A program made the translations under genes and the position numbers. The notes under the pieces are model-generated. The model was not told where the DNA came from, ran no database searches, and worked only from the letters and a program-made list of their open reading frames with translations. A stretch of 61,874 nucleotides of DNA, counting the filler, from a bacterium (GTDB lineage Bacteria; JAMORN01), in NCBI GenBank assembly GCA_027063545.1. It is 12 parts of 12 records of this genome, joined end to end, with 100 filler letters (N's around TTAATTAATTAA, not from the genome) between each part and the next. Parts side by side here need not be neighbours in the genome. Positions count along the whole stretch, not along the records: positions 31,710 to 47,723 come from JAMORN010000313.1; positions 47,824 to 50,576 come from JAMORN010000314.1; positions 50,677 to 53,423 come from JAMORN010000315.1; 9 more parts are not named here. One strand, written 5' to 3'. Below, one piece after another: positions 41,095 through 51,001 of the stretch. The stretch's first letter is position 1, and each line of letters starts with the position of its first letter.

Positions 41095-43317
41095 TTAAAA
41101 GTTTATAGGATTATCTTCAGATTGAGAGTTAATTCTTTCTTTTTCAATTAACCAAGGGTTTGAAGATTTCTTTAAATTCTCTGGTAAATGGATATCACAT
41201 GTATCTACAGGCTGGGTTCCTATTATAAAAGGCACGTGATAATATATTTTAGGACAAACTTTTAATCTTGCTAATTTTCCACTTTGAGTACATATATTTC
41301 TGTATGTAATTCCTCTAGGTGTTTTAAAATTAACTACTTCTTTATCTTTATGAGCTAATTTCATATACTCTATCCAGATAGGTAATGCTGTAGATGCTCC
41401 AGTTTTATGATCCCCTAATTTACGTTTTATATCAGTACCAACCCAGGCTCCCGCTGTAATTATAGGAGTAAATCCTATAAACCATGTATCAGTATAATTA
41501 TTTGTTGTTCCTGTTTTACCACCACAAGGGTAGTAAAATTTTGATTGTATTATTCTATATCCTGTACCCCTTCTGACAACATTTTCTAATAGAGTTATCA
41601 TAATATAAGAAACATCTTCAGGTAGTACTCTTTTAGATTCTTCTGTATGTTGATATATTACATTACCACTATTATCTTCAATACGTTCTATATAATAAGG
41701 CTTAATTAATATCCCATAATTAGGAAAAACAGAATAAGCTTTTACTAGATCCCATAATCTAACTTCAAAAACTCCCAAGGCTAATGCCGGTACTTCTATA
41801 TAATTAGACTTTAAACCTAATTTATTAGCATATTCGATAACATTTTTGTATCCAACTTTGTTTAAAAGATATATGGTAGCTAAGTTTAAAGAGTGGGCTA
41901 AAGCATCCATTAAAAGTACAGGTCCTAAAAATTTCTCTTCATAATTATGAGGCCTCCAATCATCTTCATCTTTATTTTGAGATGGTATAACAATTGGTTG
42001 ATCTAAAAGTATTGAACTAGGAGTAAATCCTTGGGATATTGCTGTAAGATAAATAATAGGCTTAAAAGATGAGCCAGGTTGCCTTCTTGCAAAGACTCTA
42101 TTATATTCACTTTCCTCAAAATTTCTTCCTCCAATCATTACCCTTACAGCTCCAGAATTATTATCTATAGCTAAAAATGCTCCTTGTACACTTACTAGTG
42201 TATCTTCTCTAGGTATCCATTTCAATTTATTTGCCCATCTGGCTAATATTGTATCCATATTTTGAAATAAGCTATCTTTAGGGATATTTTTATACTCCTT
42301 AGGCGCAATTTTATCCCATCTGTATTTTAAGTATTTATTAAAGAATGCTATATTCATTTCTCTTTGATATTTCATTATATATTTATGAAAGATTTTTTCT
42401 AAAGAATCCTGTTCTTGACTAACTAATGTAGTATATATCCTCAATCCTCCTGTATAAAGCATTTTTTCTCCAAATTTTCTAACAACAAACTTTCTTACTT
42501 CTTCAACGAAATAAGGAGCAATATTTTGAGTTGTTTTGAAAGGATGAATTTCAATAGGTTTATTTTTCAATTCTTCATATTCTGTTTTAGAAATAATATC
42601 AGTCTCATACATTTTTTTGAGTATAATATTTCTTCTTTTTTTAGCATTTTCAGGGTGTTTATCCGGTCTATATTTCTCAGGGGCTCTAAGCATAGCTATA
42701 AAAATAGCAGCCTCATCAGGAGTTAATTCCCATACATTTTTAGAGAAGTATCTTTGGCTAGCAGCTTGAACCCCATACGCTCCTCCGCCCAAATATACTT
42801 GATTTAGGTAAAATTGTAATATTTCTTTTTTTGTATATGTTTTTTCAAGCATTATAGCAGTAATTATTTCTTTGATTTTTCTTGGAATTCTTTTTTCAAA
42901 ACCAATAGTAGAAGTAAATAAATTTCTTGCTAATTGTTGAGTTATAGTAGAACCACCATGAGTTTTACCATGTAGAATATCAACTATAACAGATCTAAGG
43001 ATACCATTTATAAGATCAATACCATGATGTTTATAAAAATTTTTATCCTCTGTAGCAATAAGTCCATTTATTAAGAAATCAGGTATACTATCTAATGGAA
43101 CAACAATTCTTTTTTGAATATAATATTCTTTAATTACATTTCCATCTCTATCGTACACTTTTGTGACCAAAGCTGGTTTTATTTTTTCTAATTCTTCAAA
43201 TGAAGGAATAAATTTATAATAATACAAAATTACAGCAATAGTAACTCCTAATAAAAAGCCAAATATAGCACTATTTACAAAAAAAGCTATTTTAAAAAAT
43301 TTTTTCCAATCTTTCAT
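41095..43317 (-). CDS. mrcA: Class A penicillin-binding protein (PBP1A)
   Basis: EDKNFYKHHG, GGSTITQQL, RKIKE; SSFK, SLN, KTG. Confidence 0.93.
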   Translation of the reverse strand: MKDWKKFFKIAFFVNSAIFGFLLGVTIAVILYYYKFIPSFEELEKIKPALVTKVYDRDGNVIKEYYIQKRIVVPLDSIPDFLINGLIATEDKNFYKHHGIDLINGILRSVIVDILHGKTHGGSTITQQLARNLFTSTIGFEKRIPRKIKEIITAIMLEKTYTKKEILQFYLNQVYLGGGAYGVQAASQRYFSKNVWELTPDEAAIFIAMLRAPEKYRPDKHPENAKKRRNIILKKMYETDIISKTEYEELKNKPIEIHPFKTTQNIAPYFVEEVRKFVVRKFGEKMLYTGGLRIYTTLVSQEQDSLEKIFHKYIMKYQREMNIAFFNKYLKYRWDKIAPKEYKNIPKDSLFQNMDTILARWANKLKWIPREDTLVSVQGAFLAIDNNSGAVRVMIGGRNFEESEYNRVFARRQPGSSFKPIIYLTAISQGFTPSSILLDQPIVIPSQNKDEDDWRPHNYEEKFLGPVLLMDALAHSLNLATIYLLNKVGYKNVIEYANKLGLKSNYIEVPALALGVFEVRLWDLVKAYSVFPNYGILIKPYYIERIEDNSGNVIYQHTEESKRVLPEDVSYIMITLLENVVRRGTGYRIIQSKFYYPCGGKTGTTNNYTDTWFIGFTPIITAGAWVGTDIKRKLGDHKTGASTALPIWIEYMKLAHKDKEVVNFKTPRGITYRNICTQSGKLARLKVCPKIYYHVPFIIGTQPVDTCDIHLPENLKKSSNPWLIEKERINSQSEDNPINF

Positions 43318-43407
43318 AATTATTTTTCCTTTTATATTAAAAATTAAAATATATTTTTTTTAATTAAAATTATAATTCTTATTTTTGTTAAACAAGGAGA
43401 TTAAAAT

Positions 43408-44004
43408 ATGAAAGATCTAAAAGAGTATTTTAATCTTTTATTGGATTTTCCATTTCACCCTGAAAATGTTTATCAAAAATTAAAGTTAGAATATGATTTA
43501 GAAAAAGTTAATATATGTTTTTTTATAGTATTAGGTTCCATTTTTTTGTTTTTTAATATTATTTCTAGACAGGAAACTTTTATTCACTACTATGAGGTAT
43601 TTAAAGAAAATTTTGATAGTTCTAATTTTTTAATTACCAATTATTTATTGAATAGTAAAATTTTTACTTTACTTATTACAGCTCCTATTTCATTTATATT
43701 ATCAACTTTTACTTTATGGATTTTTTCAAAGATACTAATAAAAGAGGTTAAGTTCAAACATATAGTAATTTTTGAAGGATTAAGCTCGTTTGTATATATG
43801 TTCAGTTATGTATTATCTAATCCAATTATTACTTTTATAATTGTAATTGGTAAATTTGTGTATTTATATAAAGGTTATAGGATATTTTATAATACTAGTA
43901 TATTGAGATTTATCTCAATATTTTTACTGCAATTTATATTGAATCTAATATTTATTATACTTTTAATAATAATGTTTTTGTTATTGGTGGCTTTAATTTT
44001 ATAA
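43408..44004 (+). CDS. Hypothetical multi-pass membrane protein (Yip1-like)
   Basis: About 5 hydrophobic segments; N-terminal FHP motif. Confidence 0.5.
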   Translation: MKDLKEYFNLLLDFPFHPENVYQKLKLEYDLEKVNICFFIVLGSIFLFFNIISRQETFIHYYEVFKENFDSSNFLITNYLLNSKIFTLLITAPISFILSTFTLWIFSKILIKEVKFKHIVIFEGLSSFVYMFSYVLSNPIITFIIVIGKFVYLYKGYRIFYNTSILRFISIFLLQFILNLIFIILLIIMFLLLVALIL

Positions 44005-44008
44005 AAAT

Positions 44009-45190
44009 ATGAAAAAAATAGTTTTTATTACAGGAGAAAAGTCAGGAGAAAATATAATTTTTCCTATTATAGAAAAATTGTTACATATTCATGAAGATAT
44101 AACGTTTTATGGAGTTTTTTCAAAGAGAGTTATAAATAAAGAGTTATTTAAAGATAGACTTTTTTTGATAGAAGAAAGAAAAAAATTAAATGTAATGGGC
44201 TTTATTGAAGTTTTATTAAAGGCTATAGATATTTATAAAGTATATAATAAAATAATAAATGCTATATATGAAATAAATCCAGACTTATTAATTTTAGTTG
44301 ATTTTCCTGATTTTAATTTGAAAATAGCAAAAGCTATAAAGAAAAAAAATAAAAATATTAAAATACTTTATTTTGTATCCCCTCAAATATGGGCATGGAG
44401 ATTTAGTAGAATAGATATTATAAAAAAATATGTGGATTTTTTATTATGTATTTGGCCCTTTGAGGAAGAGATCTATAAAAATAATGGATATTATAATGTA
44501 AAATATATAGGTAATCCGATAGCCTTTAATACATATCAAAAATTAAAAGAATTAGAAAAAATAGAAAAACACCAAAAAAGAGTAATAACATTTTTTCCAG
44601 GATCTAGAGTTCAAGAAGTAAATAGGATTTTACCTGATTTTATGAAAATAATAGAACGAATAGACAAAACAGAAAAAATTGATGTTTTTTATATAAGCAA
44701 AGTAAAAGAAATTCCTACAAAAATATATTTAAATATATTAGATAACTGTTTAAAGGAAGAAAAAATAAAAGGAAAAATAGAAATCGTAGAGAAGGAGCCA
44801 ATTTATCTTATGTATATATCTGATTTTTTATTTTTGAAAAGTGGTTCTAATAATATAGAAGCATTAATTCTTGAGAAACCATTTATAGTTTTTTATAAAA
44901 CTTCCTATTTAAATTATATTATAGCTAAGATTATGATAAATAAAGAGTTAAAATATATATCTCCGGTAAATATAGCTACAAATAAATCTTTAGTACCTGA
45001 ATTTATTCAGAATTATGACTTAGATAAAGTCTTGGAAACATACTTTTATTTAAACAAATCTAGAGAAAATTTTATATTTTTATTTAAAGAATTGAAGAAA
45101 GAATTATTAAAAAAGAATTATATAGAGGAATCTATAATGCAGATAGAAGAAATGTTATATAACAAAGGAAGTAAAAATGTTAAAGTATAA
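44009..45190 (+). CDS. lpxB: Lipid-A-disaccharide synthase
   Basis: GEKSG, VMGFIEV, DFPDFN, SPQIWAWR, PGSRVQE, PEFIQ. Confidence 0.93.
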   Translation: MKKIVFITGEKSGENIIFPIIEKLLHIHEDITFYGVFSKRVINKELFKDRLFLIEERKKLNVMGFIEVLLKAIDIYKVYNKIINAIYEINPDLLILVDFPDFNLKIAKAIKKKNKNIKILYFVSPQIWAWRFSRIDIIKKYVDFLLCIWPFEEEIYKNNGYYNVKYIGNPIAFNTYQKLKELEKIEKHQKRVITFFPGSRVQEVNRILPDFMKIIERIDKTEKIDVFYISKVKEIPTKIYLNILDNCLKEEKIKGKIEIVEKEPIYLMYISDFLFLKSGSNNIEALILEKPFIVFYKTSYLNYIIAKIMINKELKYISPVNIATNKSLVPEFIQNYDLDKVLETYFYLNKSRENFIFLFKELKKELLKKNYIEESIMQIEEMLYNKGSKNVKV

Positions 45191-46430
45191 AATTCAAGGA
45201 CCAACAAAATTAAAAGGTGAAGTAACAATTTCTGGGGCAAAAAATTCTATTCTTGCTCTAATGGCTGCTACTTTATTAGCAAGAGATGAATTTGTAATCC
45301 ATAATGTTCCAGTATTAAGAGACATAGTAACAATGCAAAAAGTTCTGGAGGTTATAGGAGCTAAAGTAAGAAGAGAAGGTTCAAGCCTTTATATAGATAC
45401 GAGAGGAGTTAATAATTATGAAGCTCCATATGAATTAGTAAGTCAAATGAGAGCTTCTATTTATGTTTTAGGACCTCTTTTAGCTAGATATGGAGAATGT
45501 AAGGTTTCTATGCCCGGCGGTTGTGCTTGGGGACCAAGACCTATAAATTTTCATATAGATGCAATGAAAAAACTTGGTGCAGAGATAAGTGTAGAGTTTG
45601 GTTTTATTCAGGCTAAAGCTTCTAAATTAAGGGGGGAACATATTATTTTTGATTTTGTTTCTGTTGGAGCAACAGCAAATACTATGATGGCAGCTACGTT
45701 AGCAGAGGGTACAACTATTATAGATAATGCTGCTAGTGAACCAGAAATTGTAGATTTGGTTAACTTTTTAAGAAAAATGGGAGCAAAGATAAAAGGTGAG
45801 GGAACAAGAACAATAGTTGTGGAAGGTGTTGAAAATTTACATGGTGTTGAATATACTGCTATTCCAGATAGAATTGAGGCGGGGACTTTTCTTGTAGCAG
45901 GATTTATGACAGGAGGTGATATTTTAGTAAGAAATCTTATCCCAGAACATTTGACATCTGTTATAGAGAAGCTAGAAGAAGCTGGAGCCGAAATGAAAAT
46001 TGGGAAAGACTATATAAGAATAAAAGGTGAGGGTAATATAAATCCAATAAAGGTAATAACAGCTCCTTATCCAGGTTTTCCAACAGATATGCAGGCTCAA
46101 TTTATGGCAATGTTAACAATAGCAAATGGCACGAGTAGTATAACTGAGGGTATATATCATGATAGATTTATGCATGTTTTAGAACTTATGCGTTTAGGAG
46201 CTAATATTGAATTGGAAAAGAATGTTGCTATTATCCATGGTGTAAATAAACTAACAGGAGCTAAATTAATGGCTTCTGACTTGAGGGCTTCTGCAGCTTT
46301 AGTTTTAGCAGGGTTGGTAGCAGAGGGCGAAACAATTGTGGATAGAATTTACCATATTGAAAGAGGATACGAAGATTTCGATAAAAAACTTCAAAATTTA
46401 GGAGCTATTGTAGAAAAGTTTGATGAATAA
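45177..46430 (+). CDS. murA: UDP-N-acetylglucosamine 1-carboxyvinyltransferase
   Basis: SGAKN, MRAS, PGGCAWGPRP, PGFPTDMQ, DLRAS. Confidence 0.97.
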   Translation: MLKYKIQGPTKLKGEVTISGAKNSILALMAATLLARDEFVIHNVPVLRDIVTMQKVLEVIGAKVRREGSSLYIDTRGVNNYEAPYELVSQMRASIYVLGPLLARYGECKVSMPGGCAWGPRPINFHIDAMKKLGAEISVEFGFIQAKASKLRGEHIIFDFVSVGATANTMMAATLAEGTTIIDNAASEPEIVDLVNFLRKMGAKIKGEGTRTIVVEGVENLHGVEYTAIPDRIEAGTFLVAGFMTGGDILVRNLIPEHLTSVIEKLEEAGAEMKIGKDYIRIKGEGNINPIKVITAPYPGFPTDMQAQFMAMLTIANGTSSITEGIYHDRFMHVLELMRLGANIELEKNVAIIHGVNKLTGAKLMASDLRASAALVLAGLVAEGETIVDRIYHIERGYEDFDKKLQNLGAIVEKFDE

Positions 46431-46444
46431 AAGGAGAAAAAGTT

Positions 46445-47723
46445 ATGTTGTCTTATATAGAAGAGCATATAAAAAAATACGATGTGGATTATATAGAAAT
46501 TAGAATAGAAGATACCATATCAACCTCTATTACAATATCTTCTAATAAAATAGAAAATATTTCTAAAAGGAATTCTTTAGGGGGTTCTGTAAGGGTATTA
46601 TATAATGGTGGTTGGGGATTTGCAAGTTTTAATAATATAGATAAACTACATGAGTATATAGAAAAAGCTATTTCAATGGCTAAAAATGCAAAATATAAAG
46701 AACATAAACAAATAAATAAGGAATTCGGTAATTATAAAGGAGAATTTTATTCTCCTTTTTTAAAGGATCCAACACAAATAGATTTAGAAGAAAAATTAAA
46801 TTTGATGTTGTATTATAATAATATTTTACAAAAAGGAAAAAGGATTGTTAATACAAATGTAAGATATGCGGATTTTAAAAGAATAAAATATTATGGTAAT
46901 TCTTTGGGAACTTTGATAAAAGAAACAACAATAGGGACAGGTGCTTTTTTACTTGTTATAGGTAGAGATGGTAATAATGTACAACAGGCATATCATTCTG
47001 TTGGTGAAATGATGGGTTTTGAAGTTGTTGAAGATTTGGAAAAAGATGCAGAAAGGATAGTAAATTTAGTTGAAGATTTACTTGATGCTCCTAAAGTTGA
47101 AGGAGGAAGAAAAACTGTTATATTAGATCCAAAATTAACAGGTGTGTTTACTCATGAGGCTTTTGGTCATTTATCTGAAGCAGATTTTTTATATAAAAAT
47201 AAAGAAATGCAAGAAAAGATGAAAATAGGGACAATATTCGGACCTGAATTTTTAAATATAGTAGATGATGCAACTATAAGAGGTGCTAGAGGATTTTATT
47301 ATTTTGATGATGAGGGTGTGCCTGCTCAAAAAACATATCTTATAAAAGAGGGGAAACTAATAGGTAGACTCCATTCTAGAGAAACTGCATTTTATATGAA
47401 TGAAACTCCAACGGGAAATGCTAGAGCTTTAAATTATACTTTTGCTCCAATAGTTAGAATGTCATGTACTTTTATTGAACCTCATGAAAGTAAGTTTGAA
47501 GAAATGCTTGAGGGAATTGAAGATGGAATATATGCATGTGGTATGTTAGGTGGTAATACTGATTTAGATATGTTTACCTTTTCAGCTGAATATGGATATG
47601 AAATAAAAAATGGTAAAATAACTCGTTTAGTAAGAGATGTAATATTAACAGGAAATGTATTTGAAACATTGAAAAATATTGAAATGATAGGGGATGATTT
47701 TAAATTATATGGTGGAATGGGTG
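46445..47723 (+). CDS. tldD: TldD/PmbA family metalloprotease (3' truncated)
   Basis: HEAFGHLSEAD, DDEG, GNARA, PIVRMS. Confidence 0.9.
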
Positions 47724-47823
47724 NNNNNNNNNNNNNNNNNNNNNNNNNNNNNNNNNNNNNNNNNNNNTTAATTAATTAANNNNNNNNNNNNNNNNNNNNN
47801 NNNNNNNNNNNNNNNNNNNNNNN

Positions 47824-48019
47824 AGAAACATATATGCAAGAATATATGACTAAAACTGAAAAAGAAAAGCAAAAATTAGAAAATAAAATTAAAGATCTAT
47901 ATAAAGAAAATGAAGAATTAGCACGAGAATTATTTGTTAAAAGAACTAAAAGCTTTATACTTGGTATACTTACAGCAGGTGCTATATTTGTATTAATATA
48001 CTCAATGCTTTTAAAATAA
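47824..48019 (+). CDS. C-terminal part of the plasmid HTH/coiled-coil/TM protein (continuation of 50049-50576)
   Basis: Overlap-identical sequence, then SFILGILTAGAIFVLIYSMLLK*. Confidence 0.85.
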
Positions 48020-48300
48020 CCTTTTTTTTTACTCTATAAGCCCTCACAATGAATAAATTTTAATTTTTAATATAAATATAGATTAAAATAATTTTTTTTT
48101 ATTATAAGCGTTTATAGACATAATTTTCTATAATAGGATAAAAAGATATATTTTATATATTTATTTCATTTTTTAATAGGTATGAAATAGAAAAAAGTTA
48201 AATTTTTCACTTTCTCTTTTTAGTAGTGTCTATATATATACTTGTAATATGTATAGTGTAGGATACCAAAAAGTCCGAAATCTAGGGATTTTGGCTTTTT

Positions 48301-48396
48301 AAATAAAACAAAAGTGGGGTGAAATAAAACAAAAGTGGGGTGAAATAAAACAAAAGTGGGGTCTGAAATAAAACAAAAGTGGGGTGAAATAAAACA
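48301..48396 (+). repeat. Plasmid iterons: 4 full and 1 partial copy of AAATAAAACAAAAGTGGGGTG
   Basis: Starts at 48301, 48322, 48343, 48366, 48387; upstream of rep, next to an AT-rich tract. Confidence 0.92.
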
Positions 48397-48411
48397 TATA
48401 TTATAAACGTG

Positions 48412-48439
48412 TTTACAAAGAGTGTTTTTTTTGTATAAT
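48412..48439 (+). promoter_or_regulatory. Putative promoter of the rep operon
   Basis: TTTACA-16 nt-TATAAT right after the iterons. Confidence 0.5.
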
Positions 48440-48458
48440 TTTGAAAAAAGGATTTAAA

Positions 48459-48689
48459 ATGGATTATTATGGAATGGCGGAGAGAATTGCAAAAGAACAT
48501 CTTAAAACAAAAGAAGGGTTTGAGTGGCTTTTAGACGATCTAAAAGAAATATACGATCATCAGTTTTTTGAAGGATTTGAAGTAGTAATTAACAATATTA
48601 TCTCTGGTGCTTACGATGAACCAGAGCATAAAAAATATAAAAGTGTTACAGAGTTTGAATATGAAATGAGAGTTGAAAATATAGGGTAA
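48459..48689 (+). CDS. Small acidic plasmid hypothetical protein (76 aa)
   Basis: AAGGA SD + ATG; ends 3 nt before rep. Confidence 0.65.
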   Translation: MDYYGMAERIAKEHLKTKEGFEWLLDDLKEIYDHQFFEGFEVVINNIISGAYDEPEHKKYKSVTEFEYEMRVENIG

Positions 48690-48692
48690 AAA

Positions 48693-49778
48693 ATGGCTAA
48701 ACTTATTCAAGCAAAAGGAGAATTAGAAGTTAAAAAAAGCGAGGCTATCATAAAAGCGAGATACAAGCTTTCGCCGCTTGCAATAAAGTTTATAAGCGTA
48801 ATTATCAGTAATTTAAAGCGTAGTGATGATGTTAATGAAGAATATATTTTAAAAGTTAAAGACTTTAAAGAACTTACAGGACAAAAGACAAAGCGTATTT
48901 ATGAACTTATAGACGAAGCTCTGAACGATTTGCTTAAAAATCCGCTTAAAATTCCGCTTGGAGATGATAAGAACTCAATTTTAAAATCGAATTGGGTTAG
49001 CGGTGCGGTATATAACGAGGGTGAAGTCAGGTTTATGATTTATCCTAAATTGCGTCCTTTCTTGCTTGAAGTAAAGGAGAAGTTTCTTAAATATAAACTT
49101 GAAAATATACTACCGCTTAAAAGCTCTTACGTTATCAGACTTTATGAGATATTAAAAGATTGGCTGGAACTTAATATGCGATACGGAAACAAAGCCGAAA
49201 AGATTGTTAGTGTTGATGAATTGAGAGAAATGTTAGAGATACCTAAAAGCTACCCTTATGGCGGTAGTAGTGGAATAAAACAAAGAATTTTAGAAAAAGC
49301 GAAATCTGAACTAGTCAAACACACGGACATTTTGTTTGATTATGAAGAAATAAAAACAGGACGAAAGGTCACACATTTAAAATTTATAATAAAACCTAAT
49401 CCGAAAAAATTACAAACCGATAACGGAGTGCAAGAACAATATTTTAAAAGCCAAAAGTCTTTTGTAACATTATTGCGTAAAAATTATAGCGGTAATAAAA
49501 AATTTTTTGGATTTAAAAATATTGATGGAAACAATTATTGGTTGGGGCTTGATAAAAACGGACTTTTATATGCAAGTAACGATGATATAATTGACTTCAA
49601 TGCAGTTGAAAGTGCTAAAATATATGATATATGGCTTAAAATCGCTCAAAATAGTCCTCTTTACCAGGAGTTAGTAGGAAAGGGGGCATGTTTGAGAGAT
49701 ATTTCTCAAAATAATAAAGAGATATGGTTAGAATTAAAAGAAGATATTATAAGACTTAAAGAAGACCACATAATATAA
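48693..49778 (+). CDS. repB: Plasmid replication initiator, Rep_3 (RepB) family
   Basis: ARYKLS, PFLLEVKEKFLKY, LKSSYVIRLYEILK, KTGRKV. Confidence 0.92.
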   Translation: MAKLIQAKGELEVKKSEAIIKARYKLSPLAIKFISVIISNLKRSDDVNEEYILKVKDFKELTGQKTKRIYELIDEALNDLLKNPLKIPLGDDKNSILKSNWVSGAVYNEGEVRFMIYPKLRPFLLEVKEKFLKYKLENILPLKSSYVIRLYEILKDWLELNMRYGNKAEKIVSVDELREMLEIPKSYPYGGSSGIKQRILEKAKSELVKHTDILFDYEEIKTGRKVTHLKFIIKPNPKKLQTDNGVQEQYFKSQKSFVTLLRKNYSGNKKFFGFKNIDGNNYWLGLDKNGLLYASNDDIIDFNAVESAKIYDIWLKIAQNSPLYQELVGKGACLRDISQNNKEIWLELKEDIIRLKEDHII

Positions 49779-49868
49779 TAAACCTTAAAACCTCTTTCCG
49801 TTGCAAAGCATTTAGCAAATTAATTATTTTTTCATTATTTTTTATTTAATTTTTCTTTATATATTGTG

Positions 49869-49988
49869 GTATAACAAATTTGGGAATATGTATAATTTTA
49901 GTATAAGTATAGTATAATTCTAGTATAAGTATTTTTATAAAGTGATATAAGATGTTGTATAAAAATAGTATAAAATAATGTGGTATAA
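49869..49988 (+). repeat. Helically phased (G)TATAA array
   Basis: Hexamers at 49869, 49890, 49901, 49912, 49923, 49935, 49945, 49957, 49968, 49983. Confidence 0.7.
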
Positions 49989-50048
49989 TTTTACGAAAAT
50001 AAAAAAAATTTTCTTATATAATATAAATATATACATAAAGCGGGCGAG

Positions 50049-50576
50049 ATGAACGAAAAACGGTATAAAAAGTATTCTTATATAGAAGCATATATAAGAA
50101 ATAATCCACACTTAAAGAATAAAGAATTAGCCGAAAATATTGGTCGTAGTATTAGTTGGATAAAAGCATTCAAAGCTTTCATGAACTCTCCAGATAAAGA
50201 AAAACACAAAAACTCTAAAAATCCTATCTATAAAGCAATATATAACGCCTGGAAAGATGATATTGATGCACAAATAGAATGGGAATGTTGTGAAAAAAAT
50301 GAAGAATTAATTCGTAAAATAGAGATAAAAACGGAAATAATTGAAAAATACAAAAAACAAATAATAGAGTGTCAAACAGAAAATAAAAGATTAGCTGATA
50401 AAGTTAGTAAATTAAGAAATAAATTAAATCGTAATGTAAAAGAACTTGCAGAAACATATATGCAAGAATATATGACTAAAACTGAAAAAGAAAAGCAAAA
50501 ATTAGAAAATAAAATTAAAGATCTATATAAAGAAAATGAAGAATTAGCACGAGAATTATTTGTTAAAAGAACTAAA
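50049..50576 (+). CDS. Plasmid protein: N-terminal HTH, coiled coil, C-terminal TM (198 aa when circularised)
   Basis: NKELAENIGRSISWIK HTH-like; heptad-rich middle; joins 47951-48019. Confidence 0.8.
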
Positions 50577-50676
50577 NNNNNNNNNNNNNNNNNNNNNNNN
50601 NNNNNNNNNNNNNNNNNNNNTTAATTAATTAANNNNNNNNNNNNNNNNNNNNNNNNNNNNNNNNNNNNNNNNNNNN

Positions 50677-50981
50677 ATGTTCTTTATCAGCAGATAGTTA
50701 TAGAACTTTCTTCTTTAGGTTTTAAAATAGTAAATGATCCAGCAGATGCAGATTATATTGTTACCTTTAATATTGGTAGTGTTAGGTATGATGCTTGTGC
50801 AGGATAGATAGCAGATCAGGCTTCTTTAACATTTTATGACGCTCAGTCTAATATGCTTATAACAAATATTATAGTAAAGGGCAATAGTTTATTTACTCCT
50901 ACCACAGAAGAATTAATGAAAAAGTTAAAAAGAGGATTAAGGCACGCTTTAAGTGTAAGTAGTAGAAGTAATAAATTTTAA
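50677..50981 (+). pseudogene. Partial hypothetical gene with an in-frame TAG at 50805-50807
   Basis: VLYQQIVIELSSLGFKIVNDPADADYIV...RYDACAG*IADQASLTFYD...RSNKF*. Confidence 0.55.
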
Positions 50982-51001
50982 AAATAATAAGGTGAATTTA
51001 T

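Larger units (their letters stand above)
47824..50576. mobile_element. Complete small circular plasmid (2626 bp after removing the overlap)
   Basis: Identical 127-nt ends (47824-47950 = 50450-50576); Rep_3 gene and iterons; ORF continuous across the junction. Confidence 0.92.

Noticed and set aside
47834-48019. Separate 61-aa gene or gene duplication
   Set aside because: It is the circular-overlap continuation of the 50049 ORF.
48301-48396. Direct repeats as a CRISPR array (cas6 is in the window)
   Set aside because: Repeats abut with no unique spacers, lie upstream of a Rep_3 gene and are on a different contig from cas6; they are iterons. I saw no CRISPR array in the window.
34161-50807. 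Stop-codon reassignment or pyrrolysine to explain the in-frame TAA and TAG
   Set aside because: TAA, TAG and TGA all end conserved genes at expected positions (e.g. rpmH and purN use TAG); two isolated stops fit nonsense mutation or error.
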